A stretch of 63,881 bases of DNA, the filler included, from Mitosporidium daphniae (taxonomy: Eukaryota): the NCBI RefSeq assembly GCF_000760515.2. It is 3 parts of 3 records of this genome, joined end to end, with 100 filler letters (N's around TTAATTAATTAA, not from the genome) between each part and the next. Parts side by side here need not be neighbours in the genome. Positions count along the whole stretch, not along the records: positions 1 to 21,442 come from NW_013546139.1; 2 more parts are not named here. One strand, given 5' to 3'. The position numbers were made by a program, and so were the translations under genes. The notes under the pieces were generated by a model. It made no database searches. It was not told the origin of the DNA and worked only from the letters and a program-made list of their open reading frames with translations. Numbering within the stretch: position 1 is the first letter of the stretch; every line of letters starts with the position of its first letter. Shown in pieces: positions 1 through 13,275 of the stretch.

Positions 1-162
1 TGACATTAATTTTTTTATTTTAATTACATCTGTTTCGTCATCACGGGGAATCGACCCGCTATATTTTTCATATATCTCGTTTAGCTTGCTTTCCAGCCTG
101 CCGAGACTTTCACGTCGACTGGTCTCAATATGTGCTTCGGTTTCTTCTGAAGCCGATGCCAT
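1..162 (-). CDS. Scm3/HJURP-like CENP-A chaperone, 5' part (runs off window edge)
   Basis: ATG at 162 opens MASASEETEAHIETSRRESLGRLESKLNEIYEKYSGSIPRDDETDVIKIKKINV with no stop to position 1. 'RL-x5-I(Y/F)EKY...D-x-I' resembles the Scm3 CENP-A-binding motif. Not in the ORF track. Confidence 0.55.
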   Translation of the reverse strand, partial: MASASEETEAHIETSRRESLGRLESKLNEIYEKYSGSIPRDDETDVIKIKKLMS

Positions 163-198
163 ACGGAACAACAGATGCAAATTAAAATTGAAAAATTT

Positions 199-2203
199 AT
201 GTCAAATTGGCCTTTGCTGAGATGTTTCTCTTTCCGTTTAGTCGTCAAACCCCGATGTGCAAGCAAAAGGTATCAGTCGAGCTTAAAATTAACACTCCCA
301 TTTACAATGGAAGGCTTATCAAGCTGTACAAATTTGACACTGACAGGTTTTTAACTTTTTCCCATGCGTAGACTTGGAAAAGCTTGCTACGTCCCTTCAA
401 ATTGAATATCCTACCTTGACATCTGAAGAGGTTATAAGGGTTCTCGCATCGGTACACTTAGATGCCGAGGTACTTATACGGAATTCCCCTGAGAAAACAA
501 CTTCTGTACCTCTTTCAGCATATAAGAGACCTTTGATGAACTCCCCAAACGATGCCCAAATTTGGCCTCTGCGTGCACCTGTTGTTACGATTCTAGGACA
601 CGTTGACCACGGTAAAACAACGCTTTTAGATGCATTAAGAAAAACCAATGTAGCTGCTGGAGAAGCTGGAGGAATTACACAGCATATAGGGGCATTCTCA
701 GGTAGCAAGGATTGTAGTCTCCCCTTTAGTGTGTGTCCCAGACTTTCCAGGATCCTCTATTACCTTTTTAGATACTCCAGGACATGCTGCATTTACAGAG
801 ATGAGGCGACGTGGTGCAAATGTCACCGATATAGCGGTGATTGTGGTCGCAGCCGATGATGGAATTATGCCTCAGACAATTGAGTGCATAAAACTGATAA
901 AAGAATCGCAGATCCCAGTCATCATTGCGATTACAAAATCTGATTTGGTCGTTGGGAGGCCTTCAAACTCGCTACTTATTATGAGGGAACTTGCGCGTTA
1001 TGATATCCATGTGGAGCCTCTGGGTGGTCCCGTTCAAATTGTCAATATTTCGGCCAAAATAGGAAAAGGATTGCCCGATTTGCTTGCCGCAATTTCTGCT
1101 CTTGGGGAACAACTAGATCTTAGAGCTCCAGGATTGGATGCTGGACCTTTCGCCTTGGATGCTTACGTTCTTGAAGCAAAGACAATTCACGGATTGGGCC
1201 CTACAGCTAATCTATTGATCAAGGCTGGAAGCCTTTCTTTAGGCTCTATTATTGCTAGCCCCGATGCCTTATGTAAAGTTCGGAAAATCTCTGGAAACAC
1301 CAAGGTTGCATTGCCTTCTCAGGCAGTTGAAGTGAGCGGATGGCGGTCGCTTCCAGCGGTTGGTTCACACGTTCGCTACTTGGGAGATTCTGAGAAACCA
1401 GATTTTTTTGATGACATGAAAGATGCTCTGCAAGCGCTAAAAGCCTACGACAGTGACGTTGTTGAGAAGCGGATATCTCCCGATTCCCTATGTCTAAAAA
1501 TTCTTTTATTTTGTATGGCTATTGTTGCTAATGAGCGTAGGTGATGTTTCGGGATCTGTTGAGCCAATTTCTCGTGTAATTAATTCATTGGGAAGGAATC
1601 CAAAAGTAAAAATAAGAATTATCAGAGCATCTGTTGGCCATCCCACTCAATGGGATGTCGACTATGCAAAGCTTGCAGAAGGTTAGCATGCAGGATATTT
1701 AATCCACAATAGCCTTCATTGTTACATTTAACCTTGCAGAGAATCCAAAGATATGTGAATATGCCTCAAATCTCAAACAAAAAATATACGCCTTTTGCAT
1801 TGTATACGAGTTAGCAGACAGGTTAAAGACGCTAATGGAAAGTATGCTACCACCAATCACTATTGAAACAAAACTTTCAACGGCCAGAGTTAAGCAGGTT
1901 TTCAACATATCATTCAACAAAGCAAAAGGAGGGGATTCTCTTATCGCTGGATGTATCATAGAAGAGGGAATCATGAAAAATAGCTCATCCACATATATAA
2001 GGATACGGAGGATGGGAGATCTCATCTATTCTGGCAAGATAAAAGAGCTTAAAGTGCATAAGGATACCGTGACATCTGTATCTAGAGGAAAGGAATGTGG
2101 CATGCACTTTGATCCCAAGGTTGATGATCTTCAAATGGGCGATGAAATTCACCTGGTCTCCCTGCACATTGAAAAGGACAAGCTCCAATTTGAAATCCCA
2201 TAA
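199..2203 (+). CDS. IFM1: Mitochondrial translation initiation factor IF-2
   Basis: [38 protein letters not shown] motifs; presequence-like N-terminus. Frame restored by introns 347-371, 702-729, ~1513-1540 and 1682-1712. Confidence 0.93.
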
Positions 2204-2449
2204 TTTAATTAAAATAATCCGTTTTTAAATTTTAAATGTGGCGGCGTCTTTTTCATCATTCGAAAGGGTGTTCATCCTGTTGCCACGCACTCATTTTACA
2301 TGCGGGGACTCCTGGAAAACATCCAAGATTACACTATTGGTATGGAAAAACGTTTCCCTCTAGATTTTCTATCAAGGGGGACGGTCGGATTTCCTAACAT
2401 TGCATGTTGTTATTTATTATTTGTTGGAAATTTAATCGCCCAGGCTTGG

Positions 2450-3887
2450 TTAATTAATCCTAAACCAGGACTTTTGGGCTTGATGGATATCGCAAACGAT
2501 ATGCTTCTTTCGTACGAGCAGGTCCAATAGGATTTCTGCGTATTCCTCAGAAACGCTGACAAGCGAGCATACTTCGGAAAGCGTCTAAAGTAACGATATA
2601 ACTGCATACAATCGAGGATCGCGTTAAAAATAGTTCATAGATTTGTTGTAGTTGTCGGGCGCCTTCGCCGCTCTAAAATTCAAGCGTTAAAATTTAAACA
2701 ACTAACCTGAAATACGATTGGAAAGCGATCCAAAGAAAAATCGGAGGGATCTTCATTTAAATTCGTAGTTGCGGCATCTTCATCGCTATCTTCATGGCTA
2801 TCTTGATTTTGATCGGCATCATTTGATCCTGTATGTGAAATGATATCTTCAACTTCATTTGAATTTGCCACTGAGAATTTCAGAATTTTTGGAGATAAAT
2901 CACCATCCATCGATTGCCGGACAGAGAGTCTCTCCATCGACAGCGTTAGCATTGGATCGGCTTCAGCTATCTTATTTACAGGAGTGGTAGGTGTCTTTTG
3001 CGATCCCACAAAGGATTGATCCCGAGTAGGAGAAGAAAAGGCGGAGGCGTTACCGACGGATTTTCGAATTCTAGGGCTGAAATCCATTAGAATGGAGTGC
3101 CCTTGAGCAGTGGCCCCATCTTGAGCTATCATTGAAGATTCTTCAGATAGAAATGTTAAAGAAGGAGGTGCCATAGAAGAAGACGGGGTTATAGAAATGG
3201 AAGGGGGAGACATGGTGCTACTATCGCTCCTGTCCGATAATGGGGTAGAACTGTGTTGATATTCTTGCAGCGCTTCGTTGGGAGATTCATTAAAAGCTTG
3301 CTGGTGGTTTGCAAGAGAAGCTCTTCTGAGGTAATGGAATAGCAACGCGTTTGCTTTTGGCGTAACCGGATCAATGAGGGCCCCATCTTTTGCTTGAAAA
3401 ATCGATGCCCGGTTGGGATTCGAATCGGAGTGTGAGTTGGCACGTGAATTTTCGATGGGATCTTGTCTTAATGGAGATGCACCAAGTGCAGAAAACAAAA
3501 ACTCGTTGTCTTGAGTGTCGTTGCTACTCATCGAATTAGATGTTGAAAAGGCCGTTGCATTGGATGCGGCAGCAGTAAACAAGGGACTCCATGTCTAGGC
3601 GATAAACCCCCACATATTACCTCGAGCGCCTTTCGTGTTTCCAGTTGAAGAGCATGGTACTGAGCCAATTCCTGGTATAAAGACAGGGCACATTTGTAGC
3701 AATCTGAAAAGTTCTTATCGATTTGCTGGAGCGCCACAGTAATTGACTGTTGCACCTTATCAATCGAATCGTGGGTGGCCGCTATTTTTTCATAGTATGC
3801 GCGAGGCAATTCTGCAGCTGCCTCCTCGGTGGGCGAATGGCTTGGCTGCGTCGGAATGGCGGNGGTTGGGGTCACGACAGTACACAT
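2450..3887 (-). CDS. ASK1: DASH/Dam1 complex subunit Ask1 with Ser-rich linker and C-terminal winged-helix-like domain
   Basis: IDKVQQSITVALQQIDKNFSDCY...LE|TWSPLF matches the Ask1 N-terminal domain pattern. Three mini-introns, the first at 3595-3620. Final exon reads TLSEVCSLVSVSEEYAEILLDLLVRKKHI...WFRIN*. Confidence 0.75.
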
Positions 3888-3946
3888 AAAACTGCAACCC
3901 TAAAACTGATCGTCACAATGACGACTCTCAAATTACTAATTTACCA

Positions 3947-5547
3947 ATGTCTTCACCCCAAAATGGAAAAAGCGCTTTCAATCAAAAATACGACCATGCG
4001 GGGAAATTGGCCATCATTGTGGTGGGTCTTCCGGCAAGAAACAAATCATTTATTGCGCAGTCTTTGCTGCGATACCTAACGTGGATCGGTGTTCACGCAA
4101 AAATCTTCAACTTGGCCGAATATCGGCGAAGAAAGTTGAAGTTTGATATGGATTACGACGAATGCGAAAAAGAGCTGCATTTCAGCTCCTGGTATTACGA
4201 TCCAGGTACCGCTGTGTGCATAACCTAATGTCAAGACAACGAAAATGCAATAAAAATTCGCAAAGAAATGGCTGCCGGCTGCATAAAAGAACTTTCTCAA
4301 TGGCTTACAACTGAGAAGGGCCAAGTGGCCATCTACGATGCGACCAATATTACGGTTGAAATCAGAAGATTTATCTTGGACCAGCTTCCAGCTAATATAG
4401 CGCCTATTTTTCTTGAGGTTTGTTCCATTTGTTATTGAGTTTGTGCATTTTATTGCAATTTCATTTTTCGCCGCCCATTGATGTAATTTTTCTCCCTTTT
4501 CTTCTTAATGTTTTTAGTTTACCATAACACATCCAGCGACAGTGGAGCACAACATCGATGAAACCGCTCGGTTTTGTTCGGAATACTCATACTTGGGGTT
4601 TGAGAAGGCTCGATTCTTGTTGAAAACGAAACTGGCGCTGCTTGAGCCATATTATCAAAGCGTTGGGTACAGTGACAGTGAAAAGCTATTTTCGTGCATC
4701 CATATGATCGATGTCAAATCGCAGATCATCATCAAGAATTTGTACGGCTATCTTGAGGTATCATTTCATCTTATGCTTGTCTTTTCTTTGTAGTCGAGAA
4801 TATCTTGCTTCCTGATGAATATTCAACATTGTCGAAAGAAAATCTTCCTCGTTTCAGTATTGAGAGCATTTTTATTGTAGTGTAACTCTCATAAGCTTTC
4901 TGAAGATAACTCTTTCATATCGGCGCTCAACAGTATCCTTCTTCCTAGTTGTGAGGAGGTATCCGTGTACTTTAAATAGCCGCTTAGATATGGAGCAGCA
5001 CCTCTTTGGAATGCGTGATGATTTCCAGAACCCTGTCTTTGGTCCCCATCATCAAATCAAAGCTTCAGCACCTAGATTTTGGCGAGTTTTCCGGGCTTGT
5101 CCAGTCAGAAGATAACGGGCTTAGTACGCTTGAGAAAATCAAGAAACACGATCCTTCCTTTTTTGAACTATTTTCGATGGATCCCTTTTTGTACAGGTTT
5201 TACAAGGGAGAGGTATTTTTTAATGTGCTCCCCTATAATAGTCCTATTTCGACCTTTCTCTGCGCTTAGAAAACATAATCATGGAGTTGGAGGGAGTTGG
5301 ATCTAATGTTGCCCTTTTGGCAGACGATACTGTCATCAGATCCCTATTTGCATACTTCAGCTACCAGAAAAACGTTCAGGTATTTTTTGCACGTAACGTC
5401 TAGGATATACCTTTTCTGGAAGTGCCGCTTGGAACGGTTTTTCAATTGGGTCAAATGGTCTACGGTACTTGGATCACCGAGTATCGTTGGGATTTCGCCT
5501 CTTCTTCATTCACTTCATCGGAAATGGGATTGAAACATATGCAATAA
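3947..5547 (+). CDS. 6-phosphofructo-2-kinase/fructose-2,6-bisphosphatase family protein (degenerate active sites)
   Basis: VVGLPARNKS, FNLAEYRR, AIYDATN, FLMNI, YRFYKGE, MELE...LFAYF motifs; about 7 introns. Confidence 0.88.
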
Positions 5548-5590
5548 ATCGCTCCAAAACTTGATGCATAGTTTATTAATGAATCTAAAA

Positions 5591-6365
5591 TCATACGGGC
5601 ACGGCTCTATTGAATGCATTTATAAAATCTTCCTTCAACTGGGGATAAGAATAAAAAATACCTTCTCAACAACAGAGGCTTGGCTACATAAATACGTTTC
5701 AAACAAGGCATTGCAAAGCCAGGGGGATGGTATCCTAGCAGTCCTAGTGCCCTAGTATGATCAGTCGATATCACCAACCTGGAAGTAAACCTCCAAAACA
5801 TCGGGATTTTGGAGGCTTTTTTCAAATACAAGCACATCTCCAGGGTATATATCGCCTCTGGGGATCGATGCCTTTAGCGCTGCAATTGAGTCCCTACACC
5901 GATCCTAAGAAGCATCATCAGCATTAAAAAACAAACTATTTCCGACGTGTCTTTAGGCAGTTGCAATTGCAATTGCTGAAGCAGAGCCCTTTCAAGCCCT
6001 GCCCGCATATGCGTCCCCGTGGTGGCGCGAGAGGGAGCCAGTCGCAAGGCTAGCGACTGCTTCGAAACAGCATCAGAGCACGTATTAAAAGACTTGGCAT
6101 CGTCGTTTTCGGTCACATAAATCCCGATCGAATAAACGGAAAACTTTAAAAAAGTCACTTTTCTTGCTGCTGCGGATAGAAGCTTGTACTGATTTTGAAG
6201 CACAAGCTTCGTTGGAACATGCATTCCCGTTCCTTTTTCATAAAAAAGACCGGTGTTTTTGCCATTTGCGGCATCACTATCGCATGAAACTTTGCTGTAA
6301 AAAAGGGGGCCAATGGCAAAGGATAAACCGGCAAGTGGGACATAAAACTTAAATGAAGCAAACAT
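5591..6365 (-). CDS. Chalcone-isomerase-fold mitochondrial protein, Aim18/Aim46 family
   Basis: 'RKVTFLKFSVYSIGIYV', 'LRLAPSRAT' and 'WLCNALFETYL' CHI-like motifs; presequence-like N-terminus; three mini-introns. Confidence 0.78.
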
Positions 6366-6457
6366 GAAAAATTGCTTCCACCGGGGTGTTAAATTTACAT
6401 CATCAAATACTTATAAACCAATTTTTTTTCAAGGCATGGCCCTGTTGGTTCCTAAAA

Positions 6458-7012
6458 ATGGAAGATAGCTTTTCTGACGACTCCATCAATGAAGCTGAAG
6501 ATGTTTCTCTTCCCAAGGGTATTACCGCATCTATAATGCGTAGCGACAATTTCAAAGTTGATACAGGAACGTCTTCCCTCTGATATTACGTGCGCTAAAG
6601 AAACTCGGGATCTTCTTGTCTCCTGCTGTGTTGGTACAACATTGCTTGCTTAAAATAGAATTCATTCATTTACTCGCAACTGAATCCAATAAAATCTGTG
6701 AAAATGAGTCCAGAAAGACGATTGCCCCTGAACATGTATGCAATGCGCTTCAGGTTCCTTTGATTCGTTTATGATGTGTAGAACCTTGGATTTTCAGACT
6801 ATGTGCCGGACGTACGGACCGCATTAAAGGAGCATAAGGAGGTAGCAAAATCCCGAGAAAGGAAATCCAACCGCTTTGATGATGGGGGCTTATCTAGGGA
6901 AGATTTGCAGCGAGAACAAGAAGCTCTCTTTGAAAAGGCCCGACAAAAATTTCTTGCAACCTCGTCCCCGACAGCACCCTCATCCTCATTACCAGGATTC
7001 TCTGTAAATTAG
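6458..7012 (+). CDS. NCB2: Negative cofactor 2 beta subunit (Dr1)
   Basis: Spliced product DVSLPKATISKLIQE...EFIHLLATESNKICENESRKTIAPEHV...QEALFEKAR; three mini-introns. Confidence 0.93.
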
Positions 7013-7239
7013 ACTCCGAATAAATAATTTTATAACTAAATTGTACATTCAAAATAATGTCACCCCACACTTTTTGCATATTTAGGCGGCCGGTCACTCA
7101 AGTTGACATACAACAACTCCGGTTTATTTTTCAAAATAAATGGAATAATTAAAATTTCTCTTCCTTAAAACTGGATATCTGCAACGTTTGAAAATAAAGC
7201 TTTCCCTAACCGGACTAAAGATAAATAGGAAACAGTTGG

Positions 7240-8967
7240 CTACCTTTGACGGATTGCGCTAGTCACACGGTCGAGATCCAAATCCAAAAGATTTACCAAA
7301 AAAAGACCAATTTCATTATTGGCATGGAACCCTCTCAATAGAGACGAAGCATAACCATATGCATGAAGGTTTACATCAACGCTAGAATGCCCACTGGTGG
7401 CCCACGAGATTCGGGCGCTTTTTGAAATGAATTGTGATAAGATGCCCGTAAAAATGACCTCATTTTCAATGTTATCAATTAGCAATTTCAGTAAAGCACC
7501 ATCAGCTAGTCGCTGATCGGAGGGATCTAGGCCTAGGCCTTCGACAAAGATATCTTTAATTATGAATTCCTCCAGGAGAGACTCTTCAAACCATGCCGTT
7601 TCCTCTTGATACCCTTGATTCCGCGTGGATTTATAAAGAGGCCTCCTTTTAAGGTTTCTTCGTTTCAAAAATCTGGTTGCCGATTGAACCATAAAAGAGA
7701 GTGAATGTTTGACGCGCAAAATTTCATCGGGAAACCAAACGTAATCTGGCGGTACATTGATGTTCAACTGACGACCCACCGATAGCCCACCGGTTTCATG
7801 GTCGGATACCTGAAAAAAGTAAAAACCCTGCTTACCACAACAACTAAGGTATTTGGATTGCTGTTGGCAAACGAAATTGCAACGCTTACTGCCTCTTGAA
7901 ATGCCATAATCTCACGGTAATGTGCAGGGCCGTCATTTTTGTGTGCAGCCATATCAATTTTGGAGCCTTCAACTACCAAAACAAAGCCCTTTGTGCGTTC
8001 TTCTTCATTTATCGGAGCAAGAAGCTTCAAAGCAGTGCTGGTCATTTCCGAAAGCGAAGGTTCATTCTTTAAATGCCTATCAATCTCGTATTCCATGTTC
8101 TCTGCTGCAAGTAATCCAAGAACGGGGTGTCTAGAGGTCATATTTGATGAGTTGATATCGGAAATCGATGTATAAATAGAAGCATTGTGATGATTTTTCG
8201 CATATTCTAGCAGATTTTTAGAATCAATCCTGGAAGATTCAACTGAAAAAGAAAAATTTAAATTTGAAAAAATAGAGACCGAGCCTCCAGGTACGAAAGA
8301 ACAAAGACCGCCTCCAATCAGAACGTCATTCATCTTTTTTATCCCGTGCATTCCAACCATGTATTCAGAAATGAGACTTTCCATGTTTCTGTGCAAGGCA
8401 TGCGCCCAAAAGGAGCCTGGAGTGGCATCTGCAACCTTACTTGTAACAACCATCCCAGTCCTCATTCCACTTAACTTGGCTGCTTCTAAGATCGTTCCGC
8501 AAGGCTTTTTTTTCCCATCAACTACAACATAAAAATCTGAAATTTTTGAAACGACATGTCATTTGATATCAAGTTGACGTGCACACTAACCTGCAATGGC
8601 CCCATTAAATGTTTTTATGCCGCAAGAATATGCAGTAGCCCCAGCGGCACTATCAGTAATCGGAGTCCCAAAGGCTGATTGAGGATCTCTAATGAAGCTT
8701 CCAANGTTAAGCGGAGACGTTTCAACCGATCCAACGATGATGGAATCAAGAGGCAATTCTATCACTTTTTTGCTGTGCATATTGCGCATCTCTTGTTGAT
8801 AAAGTTGTCTGGCAAACGTTTCAGAGGCAGGTCCAAATCCGTCTGGTATCATAAGTATTACATTGACTAAAAGGTCAGCAAGAAAAGTTACTTGGAAACT
8901 CATTAGACGAATTGGAGTAGCAAAAAAAATGCAATATCAAAAGTAGCAAAATAACGCTGTACTTCAT
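7240..8967 (-). CDS. Alkaline phosphatase (Pho8/PhoA family) with N-terminal signal peptide
   Basis: MKYSVILLLLILHFF leader, then IPDGFGP, TDSAAGATA, DATP, VEGSKIDMAAHKND, SDHETGG, GHSSVDV. Includes a 69-nt intron at 8522-8590. The 3' end could extend through one more intron. Confidence 0.92.
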
Positions 8968-9198
8968 TAGCTAAAACTCTTTTTCTCAGCCAAAGAGATA
9001 ATAAGCAATAAATGTAAACGCTGGCGCTGGCGCTGAGATTCAATCGGAATCATCTAAATCATGATACAATCGGTGATTTGTTTCGGATCGGGAATATTTA
9101 CCATCTTTTGTTTTGACAATTACCCTATAAATTAAATTTACAAAAGTGAACACCATTTTAGCAATTTAATTTGTAAAGCGTTAAATTTCACAATTTTA

Positions 9199-10573
<1,375 letters not shown>

Positions 10574-10682
10574 GGTCGTACGGAAGGCGTAAATAAAGCT
10601 GGAGCATTAAACTTAGTTTTTCCAATACATTTATTTAAGAGAAGATCAAAGTAAACTCGGGAGTGATTCCAAAGACGCCAAA

Positions 10683-13191
10683 CTACCTACTGGCTCGATG
10701 AGGAGGTTTTCCTGGATGTGGAGCTGGGGTGGATTTAGCTTCTTCCGGAACTTTAGCAAGCTGTACAAACTCCGCCATCAATGGAAGATGATCAGAAGGA
10801 AAGTGAATGCTCGGAAGACCTACTAATCCCTCTAGGGATGCATCTTCTGCCGTTGGAAGGGCCAGGCGCCCAGTTACTTGAAGATTGGACTCTGAAAACC
10901 AAATGTAATCAATGAGGCCAGAAAAGGTGTCTGTGATTGTAGAAATGCGGTCGTCTTCGATGAAGACATTTGTTTCACAATGATAAGCAGACTTGAGAGG
11001 AGTCGCTTTTTTCACGGCGGCACCGGCGAGCGAATCGGTGAATGGTGGATAGGAAAACCCAAGCCAGTCTGGATGGGTTCCCGTGATATTTCCCTCCGAA
11101 AAGATCGAATGTGTACCAGATCCAATGATGGCGTTAAAATCGCCAGCAATCATTATTGACGGGGAATCACACAAGGAGGCCATTTGCTGAAGCTTTTGTG
11201 ATAAAATCGACGCCTGTAGCATTTTTACATCTTTAAATGTCTCGTCCCATTGAAGATGAACGCTCCCCAAAATCAGGGGAGGAGAATTGGCACAATCTAA
11301 ACGCCTAAAGCGGGCAATAAGAGCAACATTGTCCTTCAGCATTGCCCTATTAAAGAGATCAGAAGATGATCCAACAATAGGAGGGCCAGGCTCTAAAATG
11401 GAAAATGAATTGATTGGCGAGGAAGATCTAAGCGTAGTGGAGTTCATTGAGCGTTCGGACAAAAGTGATGGCGAACAAAATTCAATAGGGGAAACCAAAT
11501 CCAAACAGAACCGTCCAAACCGCCAAAATATGCAAACACCATCGACGGGAGAAGTCTTCGGATCGTTATTGGTGGAAAGTGTCCTAAATCTATGCTTCGG
11601 CTGGAAAATTCCTTCATAATAATTAGAAGAGTCCATTCTAAGCTCTTCTATAAGCGAATGAAAGACAGACACTTCGACTTCCTGCAAAATAATGAAATCG
11701 GCTCCTGAAGCTCTAAGGGTTTGAATAATTGACTCTTGGCGATAAGGCCACGAGAGTGCCCAAGACGGTGTATATCCGTATCTTGATGGGTCCGCATATA
11801 TTTCCGCCAAAATGTTCCAAGACAGAACTAGGATGGGAGGATCGATGCTAAGCTGATTTTGATGGTTATTTGGGCCAAGCACCTCCCATCTCCTTGGCGG
11901 AGGCTGAGAAACACCCACAGAAACATTATCTCTGAGAAATGGGATGATAAGTGAGGCTGTTCTATTGGCCAAAACAGAGGTCGCGTGTAAAGCAGAAGAT
12001 ACAGGGGCAATGCTAGATGAGTTTGCAGACATAGATGGAATGCTGCCGATGTTTGAAAGTGCAGAAAGAAGGAGCGGATCACTCCATGGATTGCCCTCCA
12101 AATTCAAAGATACCAGGCGATGAAGGTTTCCAATGCTCGAGGGAAGAGAACAAAGCTCGTTTTCTTGGAGCTGCAACTCTTTCAGTTGTGTACAATATCC
12201 AAGAGCAGGGGTCAAGGTCATTAATCGGTTATAGCCAAGATGGAGTATGGTAAGATTTTTTAACAGCCCGATTTCAGGTGGGATTTCTTGCAGGAAATTT
12301 GCCGTTAAATAGAGACCGGTAAGAGACATTACTAGGGATGAGAACCCAAATCCATTTCCAAAAAGTGGCGAAGATCGGGATAATTGACGGAGGCCAACGC
12401 CGCTCATATCCAATGCATGCCACGAGGATTGGGTAGTAGCTGTGGGCGCGATGACAAATTGATTCGAACCAGCATTGGATGCTGAAGTTGATGTCGCAGC
12501 AAGTGAAATATTATTGTCTTCATCGACGGCCGTGGATGGATCGTCTTTTATCAACCTATTGTTTGAGGCTAGGGACAATTTAAAATAAGCATGAGGAAGC
12601 GCATCTCGATAGAAAGGAAGCCCATTCATACTCATTGAGAGGCTTGAATGATGATGATGGTGATGATGATAGTGATTATGGGATGACACATGCTGAGGAT
12701 ACTGCTGGAACTGCGTTGCAAATTGAGGAGCGCGAACGGAAGGCTGCTGTATTACGACGGGAGATGATTGTCTACTACTGATAAGTAGCAATGGTAACAT
12801 AATTTAAATTGGTAAATTCAACCGAAATGACAACTTACTTTGACGGCGCTGACGAGGACGGGACAAAAGTATGGGAGGGAGATCCCGATTGCTGCTGGAT
12901 GGTCTTTACCGGTGAAATTTTGGAAGGGGTTGGCTGCACTTTGGGGTACCCCCTTTGAAGAACAGAAGGATGCATTTGGTTTGAAGAAGCAGACGAAGCA
13001 AACGAGGATGGCGGCAATTCAAATTGGCCCGAAGAGGCCGAAATCCCGGCGATTATCCCGGATTTTGGAGGCAGTCCAAAGGACCCTGGGGGCAACGGGG
13101 GATGCTTATTTGCTGACATTGTTGGTAAATTATGGACCCCAGTAGCAGTGCCACTAGATGCGGTAGCATTGGCTGCAGCAGTGTTAACCAT
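10683..13191 (-). CDS. CCR4: CCR4-NOT deadenylase Ccr4 (low-complexity N-terminus, LRRs, EEP nuclease)
   Basis: LRR repeats, then SWNILA, LQEVE, AGDFN, IDYIWF, FPSDHLP. One 61-nt intron (12778-12838) joins the 12835..13197 ORF to the main ORF. Confidence 0.93.
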
Positions 13192-13275
13192 CAGCAACTA
13201 TACTCTGGCGATTAAGATCTAAGGAGAATTAAATAAATTTTCTTTTTCACATTATAGTTTTACAAACCATAATTA

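Noticed and set aside
24..180. Apparent folded RNA (CATCTGTT/AACAGATG terminal stem, T-loop-like GGGTCGATTCCCCG, hammerhead-like GATGACGAAAC on the minus strand)
   Set aside because: No cloverleaf or complete hammerhead core; better explained by the Scm3-like reading frame.
3863..8705. Single N bases at 3863 and 8705 within ASK1 and the alkaline phosphatase
   Set aside because: Ambiguous base calls that preserve frame; no biological signal.
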